From Trichosphaerium sp. ATCC 40318 (taxonomy: Eukaryota; Protista; Tubulinea): DNA of 64,000 nucleotides. Of this stretch, positions 23,278 through 36,966 are shown in pieces. Each line of letters begins with the position of its first letter. Position 1 is the stretch's first letter. The position numbers were made by a program, and so were the translations under genes. The stretch covers positions 1 to 64,000 of the forward strand of contig JALMLS010000373.1 of assembly GCA_038496445.1 (NCBI GenBank). The letters are read 5' to 3'. A model generated the notes under the pieces. The model had not been told where the DNA came from and searched no databases. It saw nothing but the letters and a program-made list of their open reading frames with translations.

Positions 23278-25084
23278 TTGGCATGCCGCCCATACCGCCC
23301 ATGCCGCCCATACCGCCTATCTTATCATCAGCAAAAAAAATCAAATGGAATACATTTCACTTAATTTTGTTTTGCGTACCGAACATATTAGGTGCAGCAT
23401 TAGGTGTAGCATTGCCAGCAGTTCCTGTGTTTTGTGTAGGTGCTATTAAAAATCCGTTAGTAACGCTACCCATATTGAAACTTGTGCACAAGATAAGAAT
23501 GCAATTTATATACACCCAACGACACCTTCGCCACGGTCAAACTTCCACCACACACAACAAAGAAAAAAAAAGCCGATTTACAAGGTTATTGTTTGCGAGA
23601 AAAAAAAATATGAAAGGGCCTTCAAACCCAAAGAGGAAATTTGTTTTGGATGGGAGTAAAAAAAAAGTTTGGTTTTCACATTTTGAATATCTTTCCACCT
23701 CTTACGCCCTCAAGAGCTTTTAAATATGGTGAAAAGAAACGAAAAAGTTGAGATATCAGCTAACAAATTTCCGGGCGAAGGCACCAGTCAGATATTCTAA
23801 ATAATAAAAAAAACTGCAGTCTTGAACTTGGCAAGAAAAAAGAAGTTAACTTTAAAATAAAAAAGCCATTTCCAACTGTTTGCACGCCTTGATTCAATCC
23901 TTGAGGTCCCCATGGGTTTGGTAATGGATTAGTGCTTGGATTAACTTCTGCTGTAGAGTTTGTAGCGCCTTCGCCGTTACCATCTTGTCCACCAACCGAT
24001 TCATCAACCGCCTCGTATAGTGGTCTCTGGACATCGTTGTAAAGCCTTCTCAATGCGTCCATGCCGCTTGGATGGGCTTCAATGTTGGCCATCGTGCGAT
24101 CGTTGTTTCGCATCATTTCGTTCATTAATGAAGGGTTTTGAGCCATTCTGGCTACTTGGCGGAGAGTATTGTCATCGTTTAAGGCGTGGCGTAGTTCCGG
24201 GTTTCTTTCCATCACTTGTTGCATGCGTGGGTTGTTAAATAGCATGTTGCGGATAATATTTGGGTCTTGGAGCATCTGTTGCATCATAGGATTCTGCATC
24301 ATGGCTTGCATTTGTTCGGCAGGTATGCCCATTATTGTATTGTTGTTTGGGTTTGTTTCGGCAAAGTTTTGAGGAATATTGAACGAAGTGGCGCCTGTGT
24401 AATTGAGAAAAATAAAAAAAATTTGGGTTGATTTTTTTGTGTGATTTTGTATTCGTTTTTTTATTCCGTTGTACGGAGTGGTGTATACGTGTGTGTGCGT
24501 AGGTTCGAGAAGTGTCGCGTAGGGGACAGTATAGGTAGATGTGGCAAGAAATTACACGTTGTTTTTTGTGTGAAAATGGTAGTATAAAACACAAGAGGGG
24601 CGTACCAGTGGTAGCGGCAGTGCGCTTTTTGCGTACTAGATGCATAGTGTTTCCGTCTTTGACCTCTACACAACATATTGTTAACTTTTTTTTTTTTTCG
24701 AAGCTTTTTGTTTTGTTTGAATACAAAATAAACGTTTTGGCAAATTCCAGTGGCGTATTTTTTACGGGCTAATAAAATGATCTGACAATTTATTACTCAA
24801 AGTAGTTTAAAACATCGCGTGGCTATTGTTTTAAACAGTATTTGATGTAAGGGGTATTCTTTCGTGGTGTGCGAGGTCTACGTACTGAGTTCTTCCAATG
24901 TTTTTTCATCGTTGTCTAACACTTGGCCAGCGTATATTAAACGCTGTTCCTCTTGCGGAATATTATGCTTCTCTGCCAACTGGGTTTTTACATCGCCCAC
25001 ATTGGCTGATTTTTCAACAGTTACCTCGAGGGTATCACCTCGCATTTGTTTGATAGTTAATTTAATAACGCCCGTGTCAGCCAT
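22284..25084 (-). CDS. DSK2: Ubiquilin / Dsk2 (UBL-STI1-UBA)
   Basis: N-terminal UBL (QRLIYAGQVL), STI1 repeats (NPELRHALND, MMRNNDRTMANIEAHPSG, PLPNPW) and C-terminal UBA (PPEEKFQAQIAQLNGMGF..TNGSVQLAIERLL). Confidence 0.95.
22779..23318. repeat. Two GCCGCCCAT 9-bp tandem arrays encoding Gly-Gly-Met repeats in ubiquilin
   Basis: Arrays at ~22779-22866 and ~23233-23318, both containing GGMPNMGG. Confidence 0.9.
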
Positions 25085-25325
25085 TTTTAACAATGTTGGG
25101 TTATTGTAGAAGAAGTTGCTGAATTGTTTTGGGTAAAGTCAATTCTGTTCGCGTATTTAAGAGAATACTGCCACGCAAACAGGAGCCAAAATGAGGCCAT
25201 ACGTATGGTCTACCACTAAAGTGTGTATACAACGTACATAATGCGTACAAACAGATGTGTCAAGCTTTGTGTGACTATTTTACTTTTTTTTTGGGTTTTT
25301 TTTTCAACGTTATCTACAAAATAGT

Positions 25326-28300
25326 CTACCATTCGAGAGGTATAGCTGGTAGAGATCCACGCCTTGCTTGTGGCACAGGAGGCAGTGATCTATTTAATCC
25401 ACTTTCTGTTTCAGGATCTAGATTTGTAGAGTTTGAAAAAGAGAGGCTACCAACAGAAGATTCGTCTTCTAGCCAAGCGGTAGGTGATTCAAAGGTTGAT
25501 AACGAAATTTGTCGGTCATCGTTTTGAAACTCTCTCGGTGTCTCCGGTGCTGTAAGCGCTGAGTATTTTGAAAATAGTCCAGGGCGCTCCGTTTCGTTCC
25601 CTTCGTCTTCTACAGGCTCAATTTCAGCTACAGGAGGAGGCAATGGGATTGTTCTATACTTTACAACCAACACGATTACGACTATTATAGAGATAGTAAC
25701 AATCAATGCCGATACTCCTGCAACCACGGATAACCATAAAGGTTGCCCGGCCAATACAAGCCCGGAAGATTGCTGTGGTTGGACATCTAACGCTGAAGTT
25801 AGACACTACCAGTTCAGTATTGCGTATGAACGTGCCTTGTATGTCTATTCTTTCTTTGAACTGTAGAGCTTCGCCATTTACAAATGCCATGAATTCTATC
25901 ACTTGTACTGTTTCTAAACTTCGTTTGATACCAATAGGTATTACAAATGAAAGAACAGTCTCTTCAGTAGTGTTTGTGACTGTAGTAATATTAACATGTA
26001 CGCCATCGACAGTGACACTAGTCACATCTATTATAAACACTAAACCTGTAACTAAACAAAAAATGTCAACAACAAGACTTTGAGCAATCAGCAAGAGATG
26101 AAAAAAACAAGCTCTTGAAGCGAAGAAAAAAAAAGTGAAAAGAAAAAAAGGTACCAGGTCTCAACCGAAGGTACACTATGCCTCCCGCAAATAAATCATT
26201 ATTAGAGCCTTCTGTGCAATTTTCTTCACCACAAAAGTTCACTGTATAGGGTTTTACTGTAGGATCGATCACACATGCAGTTTCAACACAAGATGATCCG
26301 ACCTCGCAACCACAACTAAAATTTGAGCCACATTTATCATCAAAGTCAATACCGCATCGCCCACTGATAGAACTACAAGTACGTGGCGTACAAGTCCCGT
26401 TACATGAGTCACCACACACTAACACATTTCCACAACCATCTGGGTGGGTGCCACATGTTTTGGATAAGGAGTCGCAAGTGCTTGGCTGACAAACTTAAAA
26501 CGTCAAATTAGCCATTGTACTATTACTTTTCATGGGTTTTTATACGCGTACCGCACTTGCCAGCGTCACAAGTATCTTGAGACAATGGACACCGTTCACC
26601 ACAATTTATAACACCTCCACAACCGTTTGACATTGATCCACATTGAATACCAGCCTCTTCACAAGAAGTGATAGGCAAACAATCTAAAATACTTGTAAGT
26701 AAAGAAAAGATGGAAAAAAAAACCACGTTCAAATTACGTACTGCAGGCGCCGTTCTGGCATTCTAAGCCATCTGTACAGTTACCAAAAACGTCACCGCAT
26801 GTGATATTACCACCGCATCCATCGCTGTGTGTACCACAGGACCAATCGGAGTCTTCACAAGTAATAGGACTGCAAGAACACTCATGATTTGTGCAAGTAT
26901 CTCTCTTTCCGGATTGTGCTAAAGGACACAACCCATCTAGACCGCATCTCTTCTCGACGTTGCATGTAGTAAAAGTGCCACACTCGTATCCAATTTCATC
27001 ACAAGATAGTGTATCGCAAACACACTTCCCCATAACAAAATCACATTTTGTGTTATCTGGACATCCTGGCATTGTGCAATTGAGTACGTCATCACCGCAG
27101 CCTGTACTCAATATGCCACACTCGTATTTACCAGCTTCGCAACTTTCTATGGCGTTACAAGCTAAAATAATATGAGTATAAATAGAGAAGAGAAGTCGAT
27201 TTTTCTTTTGCTTTCAGTTCACAAGCTGAAAAAAACTTGAGTTAGTTTGACGTACTAGCTTCACATTGACCATTGTTGCAAGTGGCATTACTGCCACATA
27301 ATCCACAATTTTCTAAAAATCCTCCGCAGCCATCTGGCTGTACGCCGCACATAAAGTCGTCACATGTTAGAGGGTCACAAACACATTTGTTTTCAACGCA
27401 AATATCCCTAGTTTTTGTGCAATTACCAGCTTGAATAACAACCTCATCACATCCATTCGTAGACTCTCCGCACTCAATATCATTGCGAGGCATACACTCA
27501 CACTTTCCAATGGAGTTACATCGATCCGCTACAGCAAAAGTCGATTTTGGAGGAGAGTTTGAGCAACTCCCTTCATTGCCACAAATGACTATATTACCAC
27601 AACCATCATCATGTGCACCACACTGCCAACTTCCTGTTTCACATGTCTTTGGAGTGCAAATACACCTTCCTTGAGAACAGGTATCGTTCAATCCAGATTT
27701 TTTAGAAGAGCATAAGCCAGCAGTTGTTCCGCAAATCAAAGAACCAGTGCCACAACCGTTGTCATGTGTTCCACACTCTTTACCGGCGTCTTGGCAACTT
27801 GCGAAAGGGTTACATACTAGAAAAGGAGTAAGCAATACGTATGACACAAGTAGAACATCTTGACAGAACGAACACGTACCACAAGAACCTTCATCACAAA
27901 CATCAAACTTTAAAGGATTTTTAGTTGTTACACAACTGCCACAATCTAATTCTCCTTCGCATCCATTACCAGTTACACCACACTCACTCTTCGTTTGCGA
28001 ACAACTTGTGGCGGCTACACAGGCTACAAACAATGTTAACGCAAAAACAAAAAAAAAGGATGAAATTTGACACGCTTGCAAAACGTTCGAACGCGTTAAT
28101 ATTCACTCGATTACGTACTACACTGATTTTCCAAGCAAATATGGGATACATTTGACACTGTGTTTTGTGATGCGCAAAACCCGTTGCCAGATCCGCAAGC
28201 TATGACAGCGCATCCATCGAACATTAAACCACACGTTTTTTCGCCGCAAGTTGCTGATGGAACGCAAGTACAAGCGCCAGTTGTTGAATTACAAATATTG

Positions 28301-28514
28301 AAAGGGTTTGCGCAAGCGCCATCGTTACCGCAGTACACCAATCTGTTGCAATTATCTATGACTTGACCGCATTCCCTTGTACCGCAAGGGTTTATATCGC
28401 AAGCAATTGGTGCTTTAGTTGGTGAAGCTGTAGGCGCCATGGTTGTTGGAGGCGGTGTAGGAGCATCTGTAATTAATTGTGTCGGAGCTGTTGTAGGAGG
28501 ATTCGAGGGAGCAC
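25326..28514 (-). CDS. Cys-rich repeat single-pass membrane protein (5' end unresolved)
   Basis: Pro/Thr stalk, more than 10 repeats of C-x-P-x-TC...CG...DGCGG...CG-x-C, a beta-rich domain, a TM helix (LWLSVVAGVSALIVTISIIVVIVLVV-KYR) and an acidic Ser/Pro tail. Confidence 0.85.
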
Positions 28515-28716
28515 CTTAGGCACAAAGGGTGAGCGGGAATTGATGTAGGTTAGTAAATACAATGGTTAGTAGCAGTAGTTTAATAATAACAGAGTAGTAG
28601 TAGTAGAATAACGAATAAAGTTACAACAGGTTAGTAGTACGTGGTAAAAAAAAGAAAATGTTGTCGAAATGGTAATTGCTTAATTAAATTCGCTTATAAA
28701 AGGCAAATAAAATACC

Positions 28717-29181
28717 ATGGATGGCATCACAGAGGAAGAGTTTTTGCAGGAACTACAGAAATACAAAATTGTACGCAACATTCTTTGTTTTGGTGGTACA
28801 TTTGTTTTTTGACGCGTGTGTGTAGGTACGACCTCCTACATGGCGAGGAAATGCGAAGAAACAGGTAGTACAACAAAATACCGATCCGACACCAAATGAC
28901 GGCGAAATGTTTGAATTTGGTATAAAATACGCTAAGCGCGCCTTGTAAAGCCCTAATGTTTAAAAAGATGAAACTGACGGATTATGGACTAACTTGAAAG
29001 TGCTTCTTTACTCGTCTATAGAGTCAGGAGAACAGGCAGAGGCTGTTTTCAATAATTTTAAGCAACAGTACGACAAGTATGTTCAATCTTTATCTCTCGA
29101 TGATATCGGTACGTTTAAACCACTCACGCACTTATTGACGCTAAAACCGACGCAGAGCACATGCTCAAGAACTGGAATTAG
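28717..29181 (+). CDS. Small hypothetical protein (~100 aa, 4 exons)
   Basis: GT-AG splicing gives an open frame MDGITEEEFLQELQKYKIVRPP...VFNNFKQQYDKYVQSLSLDDIEHMLKNWN*. Confidence 0.65.
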
Positions 29182-29489
29182 CGATCGCACAAAGAAAAAT
29201 AAGCCGCCCATTGGCACTGCTGGATTTGTAATAAAACAACAACCATTGTAAATAAAACCCAACGATTATTGCAATTGTCTTGAAAAGAGAGAAACCACGA
29301 CAAATTGTCGAAGAAAAAAAATTCAACTGTCAAACACAGTCATAATCCCTTTACAGATAACACTGATGTACGTAATCCCCTACACTTTTCGCTACATACC
29401 AATCTCTACGCTATTTGGTGTTCTAAATTACAATTTTCTATTGATTTTTGTTGCTTTTACCGATCTTTTTCGCTTACGTACATTAGCAA

Positions 29490-30528
29490 ATGGCAGGGCG
29501 TGGAGCAGCACCAGGTACTCAAGCCGATCGTGGCGGTACGTATACGCTTAAACTATTTGTTTTCTTATTTTTTCTCAGGTAGAGGCGGAAGAGGCAGAGG
29601 CAGAGGCCGTCGTAGACGTCGTGGCCGCAGAGATGCAGATGACACCGAAAACTGGGTCCCACTCACCAAACTCGGTCGCCTTGTGAAAGAAGGAAAGATT
29701 AGAAGCTTGGAAGAGATCTACTTGCACTCTCTTGCTGTAAAAGAGCACCAAATCGTCGATTTTTTCCTCAAGGGCAAACTTCAGGATGAAGTTATGAAAA
29801 TCATGCCTGTCCAAAAGCAGACCCGTGCCGGTCAAAGAACAAGATTTAAGGCTTTCGTTGTCGTTGGTGATTGTGTACGTAGCGTAGCTCCTTCAACAAC
29901 AAAAAAAAAAAAAACCTCCCAACTTTAAACAAAAATTCAGTTTCGTCGTTTGTTGACTCTTTTTTCTTTAGGATGGTCATCTTGGTCTTGGTATCAAGTG
30001 CTCTAAAGAAGTCGCAACTGCTATTCGTGGCGCTATCACCATCGCTAAGACATCCGTTATCCCTGTCCGCAGAGGATACTGGGGTTCCCGCATGGGTGAA
30101 CCACACACCATCCCTGGTAAAACCATGGGTAAGTGCGGTTCCGTTCGCGTAAAGTTCATCCCAGCACCACGTGGAGCCGGTCTCGTTTCCTCCCCAGCTA
30201 CCAAAAAGCTCCTTCAATTGGCTGGTATTCGTGATATTTACACCCAATCTTTCGGTCACACGAAAACAATGGGTAACTTTATCAAAGCCGCTTACGCCGC
30301 TTTGTACAGGTACGTAGTTCATCAGCACAGCTTTTCTCTTCTTTTTTTTTTTTTGCGTGTACATTTTTCTTACGTTTACTGTTTAGAACTTACGTCACTT
30401 TGACACCTGATCTATGGGGTTCATACGTTCTCACCAAGTCGCCTTTGCAAGAGCACTGCGACTTCCTCACCAAGGTTCACAAAGCCGCTTACAAAGACCA
30501 AGGCCGTGATTTGGATTTGGACATCTAA
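29490..30528 (+). CDS. RPS2: 40S ribosomal protein S2 (uS5)
   Basis: RG-rich N-terminus, [44 protein letters not shown] and LTPDLW; three introns. Confidence 0.98.
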
Positions 30529-30835
30529 GTTCTTGACAACTTTTGAAAACAAAAAAACACCAAACAATAAAAAAAGTCATTTTGGCTCAACCACTGCTTA
30601 TGTTTTTTTAATCAATGATGTTGTGTTCGCTTTATATACCCTCATACGCTGTAATAATGATGTAGTGCGTTGTTATACGGATTTTCTTAAAACAATGTGA
30701 CCTGAACAACTCGACTTCAACTTGAAGCGACAAAAAAAAAAAGTCAACGTACAAGATTTTTGGCGTTATTTTTGTTGACAATTTGATCGTGCCTTCTTAA
30801 AACAGCTACCCGCGGGGAGTATTGTGCGGATATAC

Positions 30836-33800
30836 ATGAAGAGGAAAAAGAAGAAGAATGGCGTCGTTACATTTGATATTGTTAATAAAATAAAGCAAGA
30901 GTGCCCTGTGCATGTAGCAGATGCCAAGATTGTAAGTTTTTGGGCGTGTCACGATACTAATCTATCGTTTAAAGCTTAATCTACTTGATATACCTATAAA
31001 AGACTTTCTGGCGGTTGTGCGCGGAGAAGAGTCAGAATGGACGTGGGATGAATTACAGTTATTTGCAGATTGTTATGCAGATAGGTGCGTGTACATATTA
31101 TTGTACCAACTGCATCATTTATTACGTCTACAGGCGTAATAGAAGCGCATTTGTGCTACGCTATGGAAAACAGCTTACAAAGGACTTGATGCCGCAGCTG
31201 CTTGACGCTATCAAACGGTACCACGTCAGTGAGGCGTATGTTAAGATGGAATTGATTTTGAAGCTCTACTGGATATTTTGTCGTTTTGGTATGTTCAATA
31301 ATTTAACCGCTGCGTGCTTCATGCCAAACAATACGTATACTCAAGCTGAAAATAGCGCAATGTGTCAGAAATGCTGAAAAAGCTGGTGGTGTCGTTTTTC
31401 TACTCGGGTTAATCGCTTGTAATAACACCCCTGTACAACCGCCTCAGGGCGTTATTGCGCAAGCAGTAATGTGCGTAGCTCAGATGGCGTCAGTGTTGCG
31501 TATGTACTCTTTTTAACTATTCTTCTCTTCTAGCGTGATGCATCATGTTCGTTAACTGTTTGTCCTAGAGTCTACACGCACAATGGTTATCAGTAAAAAT
31601 GGAATAAAGTCCGTTGTAAAAAGACTGTATTCTGATTGTGTCATGACAAGAAGAAATGCTGCATGGGCGTTGTGGTGTTTAAGTTGTGAAAGTAAGTATT
31701 CAAGTGTCATGCTCTGTTTTTTTCAATGTAATTTAACTGTTTTTTTTATAGCTCAAGTACAAGATGAAGTACTTCGCCTAGGTGGCACTGAACCACTACT
31801 TAAATTATTAGACAGTAAACAAACAAAATACTTGTCATGTGTATCAGGTGTACTTCTCACATTAGCACCAAAAGATAGTACGATCTTTTGCTTTTTTTTT
31901 TAAAGCTTCAACTCAAGTTTGTTTTTTCCTTCAGGTACCATACAACCTGCGTTGGAAGAACTTTTTCCACTTCTTGTTGATATTGTAAAGACAGGAGAAG
32001 ATTGTGATTCAGTATTACAAGCGTGTTGGAGTCTCATCAACTTTGCACGTATTAGTATGTATACTTTGTAATAATGCTAGTATATCTTAACAAATGTATA
32101 GGTGTATTTCGTGAAAGGTTGACACGCTGTGGTGCTGTGCCAGCGCTTGTTCGATTGCTTAAAAGTAAGGTTCAAACTATACGGAGCCTCGCAGAGGATG
32201 TATTATGGAGTCTTTCTTGCATGGGTTTGTTACTCATCACTGTTAATGTTATGTGACTTAGTTTCTAGATGAAAATAAAGAAGCTGTGGCAAAGGATAAA
32301 GGTACTGATTATAACGACTATATATCTAACCTTGTGTTTACAGATACATTACCATACTTGATAAAGTTGTTGGGCTCCAAACATCCAGATGAAGTCGAAA
32401 ATGTTTTGGGACTTTTGGCAAATGTAGCGCTTTTGCGTATGTCTCAAATATGTTGGTGATATTAACCGCTCACATTATTCTCTTAGAGCAACACGCTAAA
32501 CGTATTTCTGTACTTGCGTTGACACCGATCATGAAATGTTTTGAATACCCAAATGTTAATATTAAAATCCAAGCAGCAAGGCTTGTGAGAAGTTTGACAA
32601 AGTGGGGAGGTAAAAAAAAGAGAATTTTTATTTTTAATGCAAATCACGTGATATTGAAAGTTAATGGAGTTTATAGATCCTCACATTCGAAGCAACCTTG
32701 TACGTGCAGGTATTTTCGAGACACTGGCACAAGTATTAAAGATCGATAACAATGTATTGGTATCTCATTCAGTACGTCCAAAACAATTAGTTTTGTTTGT
32801 TTTGTAAAAAAACCACGACACCGTATTAAACGTTAGCACCTTTTGAGATGGGAAAGCAAATACCTGTCATTATGCTTATTGACCTTGTTACTTTATTTCA
32901 TCTGATTGTTTAAAGGCAAAAGCGCTTGTGTATGTAGATTATCACAGGGTTTTAGTAGACAAGATTCTGTACGTTTTTTACAAGAAACGATTCGCTTATA
33001 AGCTAACAACCCGTAGATTAAAAGATGTTTCTGATGTTGAGCTGTATGAATATCTATTCCAACTCAAGGAACTAACCGCTAGGACAGGTATTTTTCTCTC
33101 CTTTCAGAACCTTAAAGTAAGCAAGTTGTGCTTACGCGTTGTAGAATTCCTTCAACATTATTGTGCAAAGTCTACTGCTTTGACTAAATTACTTCTTGAC
33201 ATGTTATCTGATGAAGATATTGATAAGCGTGCACTGGCCCTAGATATACTTTATGTTATATCAGAGCATCGTAAGTGATCTTAGAATACTAACATTGTAT
33301 TAATATTGATGTTTCTGTCAAGCTGAGTCTAGACGGATGCTTGTTGCACAAGGTATACTTAAACCTTTATTGGCGATTCTCTTGGAGCATAAAGAAAACC
33401 CTGATGCACTTGATGATATAATGGGATACGCTATAGCTCTGTTGAGTAGCTTAATGCAATGTGTTGCATTCGATCAAGATCAATCCGGTACGTATATTTT
33501 GGTAATAAAAAAGTGAGAAAGCTAATTTCTTTTATTAGGCACAATAATGAAGTCTTGTGTTAAAAAATTGGGTAACCTCGTTGATTACTTGTTACAATTT
33601 CTCAATGGGCATAACCACATGGCAATGCGGCACGCTTTGCGTGCGCTTGCCTACTATATACTTGCTGGTATGATTAAAGAGTCGCAATAACCAAGATTCT
33701 TTTTTCTATATTTTAATAACATGTTGAAGGTGTGAACATTGGTGGAGAGGAACATGTAGATCATGCAGTAAAAAAAGGAGTAGTGGAGAGATTGAAAAGT

Positions 33801-36540
33801 ATATTATTAAAATGCTCTCCCGTTCTTCAAGCAGCAGCAGCTCACGCGTTGTTTTACATTTGCTACAATACTGGTATGCGTGAAAAAAAAAGTTGACCTT
33901 TGAATAATCTGTGCTAACTCGTTTTTAGATGAACACTACAATAAAATTGTTGATAGGCCAACAATATTTACGCTCATGCGTCTTTTGGATTCTATTGATA
34001 TCAGGATGGTAGAGGCTTCAATGCAGTTGTTAGTAGAACTAAGCAGTTATGGTAATTTTTTTGCCTTTAAAAAGTGTTTACATCGCTCATTATTTGTAGA
34101 TCCCGCTAAGACTCTCATTTATGAATCTGGTTCACTCAAACACGTTGTAAGGTTACTAGCCAGTAAATCAGGAGATATACGCCTTTGGGCGTCTGGTGTT
34201 ATAAGTAACTTGTCTAGCAAAGGTAACATGAACCAACACTGAGTTTTGGTACAAAGCTAAATATGTATTATCTAGACGAACTTCAAAAAGAGTTATCAGA
34301 TTTGAAAGTCATACGACCATTGATACAGTTACTACAAGCAGATGTTAACGGATTTGCTGTAGAGGTACACATCAAAAACCTCAAATCTTTTTTATTGCTT
34401 CATTCATTTACACGTCATCTTTAGGGTATTGAAGACTTTACTACATTTGCTTTGAGCAATCTTTCACAGCTTGATTCAAATCATAAGATTATTGCAGAAC
34501 GTGGTGGTGTTGGTACTCTATCAAAACTATTAAATAGACAAGATCCTGTAATTGTTGATCAAGTTCTTTCTACAATAGCAAATGTGACACTTAACAGTAC
34601 GTGATAATAATACTCAAGGTTTATTTTTGGGGTGTGGAGTAAGTTCTACTTCGAACTGATAGTTATAACTCCACACATGTTTTTCTTTCATGAAAATGTG
34701 CACGTGTTGCTCTGATTGTTGACATCTATTCCAATTATTTTACTGATTGTTTTAGGGGATGTGGTATCGTTGATTGCTTCAAGTGAGACTGCATTGTTAG
34801 ATATTGAAACAATTACAAAGTATGCTTTATTAAACGGTAAAGATCAAGAAGAAGATGATGAAGATTTATGGGTTCACATAAACCTAAACAGTTATAAAAT
34901 TATTCGAAATCTACTAACCAACAGTACGGTTGAAGATATAAAGATGGATGCTCATGTTCGTTGCCGTCAAGTTGAATAACAATGATTTCGCTGGTTGTTT
35001 TTGCTTCAATGATGATTCAATGCAATATACAAAAAGAGCAAAGCATTAGCGATCATTATTGTTGCGAAACTTGACGGCGACCAATGACATCATTTTGTAC
35101 TTTTTTTTGAGTTAATTTTACTTTACATAGAGAGTCTCTGTAAGAAGTTAAAAGAGTCTAAGATTGCACGTATTTTATACTTGGCTTTGCGTAAGGGAGG
35201 TATTTGCCTTGAACATGCTTCTCAAGCGTTATGGCTACTTTCGGAGATTGGTACAATCTTTTTTTTTTCTTTTGTTTGTCAGTCTTGTTTATTTTGTTAT
35301 TTAGAAGGGAACAAAGAAGCTTTTGGAGTTCGTGGAACAAACTTGTTTTGTAACTTGTTATTTGAGCAAGATTTGAGTAAATTCAACGTAGAAACACTTC
35401 AAGGCGTTTTAGGCGCTTTAGCAAACCTTGCAATGATACGTACGTCCAGTTCTTAGTTTGCTATTCCGATGTGAGTTTTTTTTTTCTTTTCGCTGAACCG
35501 TTTCATTGTGATGACTGCTTCTCTTCTTTTGTTTTAAGATATTGATATGAACTTAGGAGATCTCGCTTTAGAGATATCTAGAAGTGCAGGAACTCTAGAT
35601 TGTGTAATGGAATTTATGATGGAGAGGAAAACCTCTGACAATAGACTCGCTTTACAAGCAACAAAATTATTGGCAAATGTTTCTTTTCATCTTGGTTCGT
35701 TTAGTTTTTGAATTTTGCCTCTTCAGAAACAAATATCAGTTCTTGTTTTTGTAAAACAAATCGTTTCAATGATTGATATTAGAGACGCGTGGTTCCATGT
35801 TTCCTATTGGCCAGACTATCCTTCCTTGCATGTTATATCATCTATCAAGTCTACAAAGCTCAGGTGATTTTTTAGATAAGTTGATTTTATTGGCGACAGG
35901 ATTATTTCGACAAGGTAACAACACCTCGTTTTATTGAATTATGATTTTTCTTGTTTATTTGTCACTTGGTTGACCTTGGCTCATTCACTTTCTAAATCAC
36001 TGTATAGATTCATTTGGATCACTTCCTATTATATCACGTATCTTAGGTTTGATCATGGGCAACAAACTTTCTCCATATTCTCGAAGAAGAGCTTGTAGAT
36101 TATTGGTGGCATTTGGTAAAAAACCAAAATTTTCAAAAGCAACCAGCGCTCTTATTCACCACACCAATTTTTTATCAAAAGAGTCTATCATAAACGATAT
36201 AACAACTACAGGTGATGATACTAAGACATTATCTGAAATCAAAGCATATTTTGATGCATTGAAAAAACAACAACAAGAAAATATAAAAAACAAACATCCT
36301 CTTTTTTATTGGAGTACAACTGATGTTAAAGTATGGCTGAGAGCTGATGATTCAATCTCATCAACAATATCAGATTTGGTTAGTGCTTATGGTTATACAG
36401 GGAGTAATATTATAGAAGATAAAGGGACATTCCAAAGGTTAGAAGGTATCAACCATGTTCCAAAACAAACTTTAAATTTGGCCATTACAAAATGTAAAAC
36501 ATTACTGGAGGGTGGTGTACCAGGTGATACTAAAAAATAA
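30836..36540 (+). CDS. Large armadillo-repeat protein with C-terminal SAM-like domain (>20 introns)
   Basis: Repeated ARM signatures (RRNAAWALWCLS, GAVPALVRLL, WASGVISNLS, GVLGALANLA, GGVGTLSKLL). The last exon has WSTTDVKVWL..GYTGSNII. Splicing near 34.9-35.1 kb is uncertain. Confidence 0.8.
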
Positions 36541-36966
36541 TGTATGGTATTTCTTTGAAGGATGTATTTACTGTGTATCAGTGTTTTTTAAGAGTAGCTT
36601 CCTCATAGGCTTTATTCTATACAGTTTCGACTTCAATAATTTGTTTCTTCCTTGCACGTGATATGTCAGTTCCGGTCACGCAAAAGGAAAGCTTAGAGGC
36701 AATGACACTTTAGTTATATGGATCTTGTAATAGGTTTGGTTTAAACTCACATCACGCTGTTTTTTTTAAATGATGATACTTTCCGTTCATATCGTAAATA
36801 TTTCACTGAATTATAAGCCTAGTGACTCGCTTTAGTTATCGTGAGGTTTCATGGTTCCCCGTTACCACACCTGTTGTTCTGTAGCACAGTTTTAACTGTC
36901 TTTTTATTTCTCACAAGCTCACGAAGGAGCTCAAAGTTAATTAAGTAATTAGCACTTTGTATTTGG

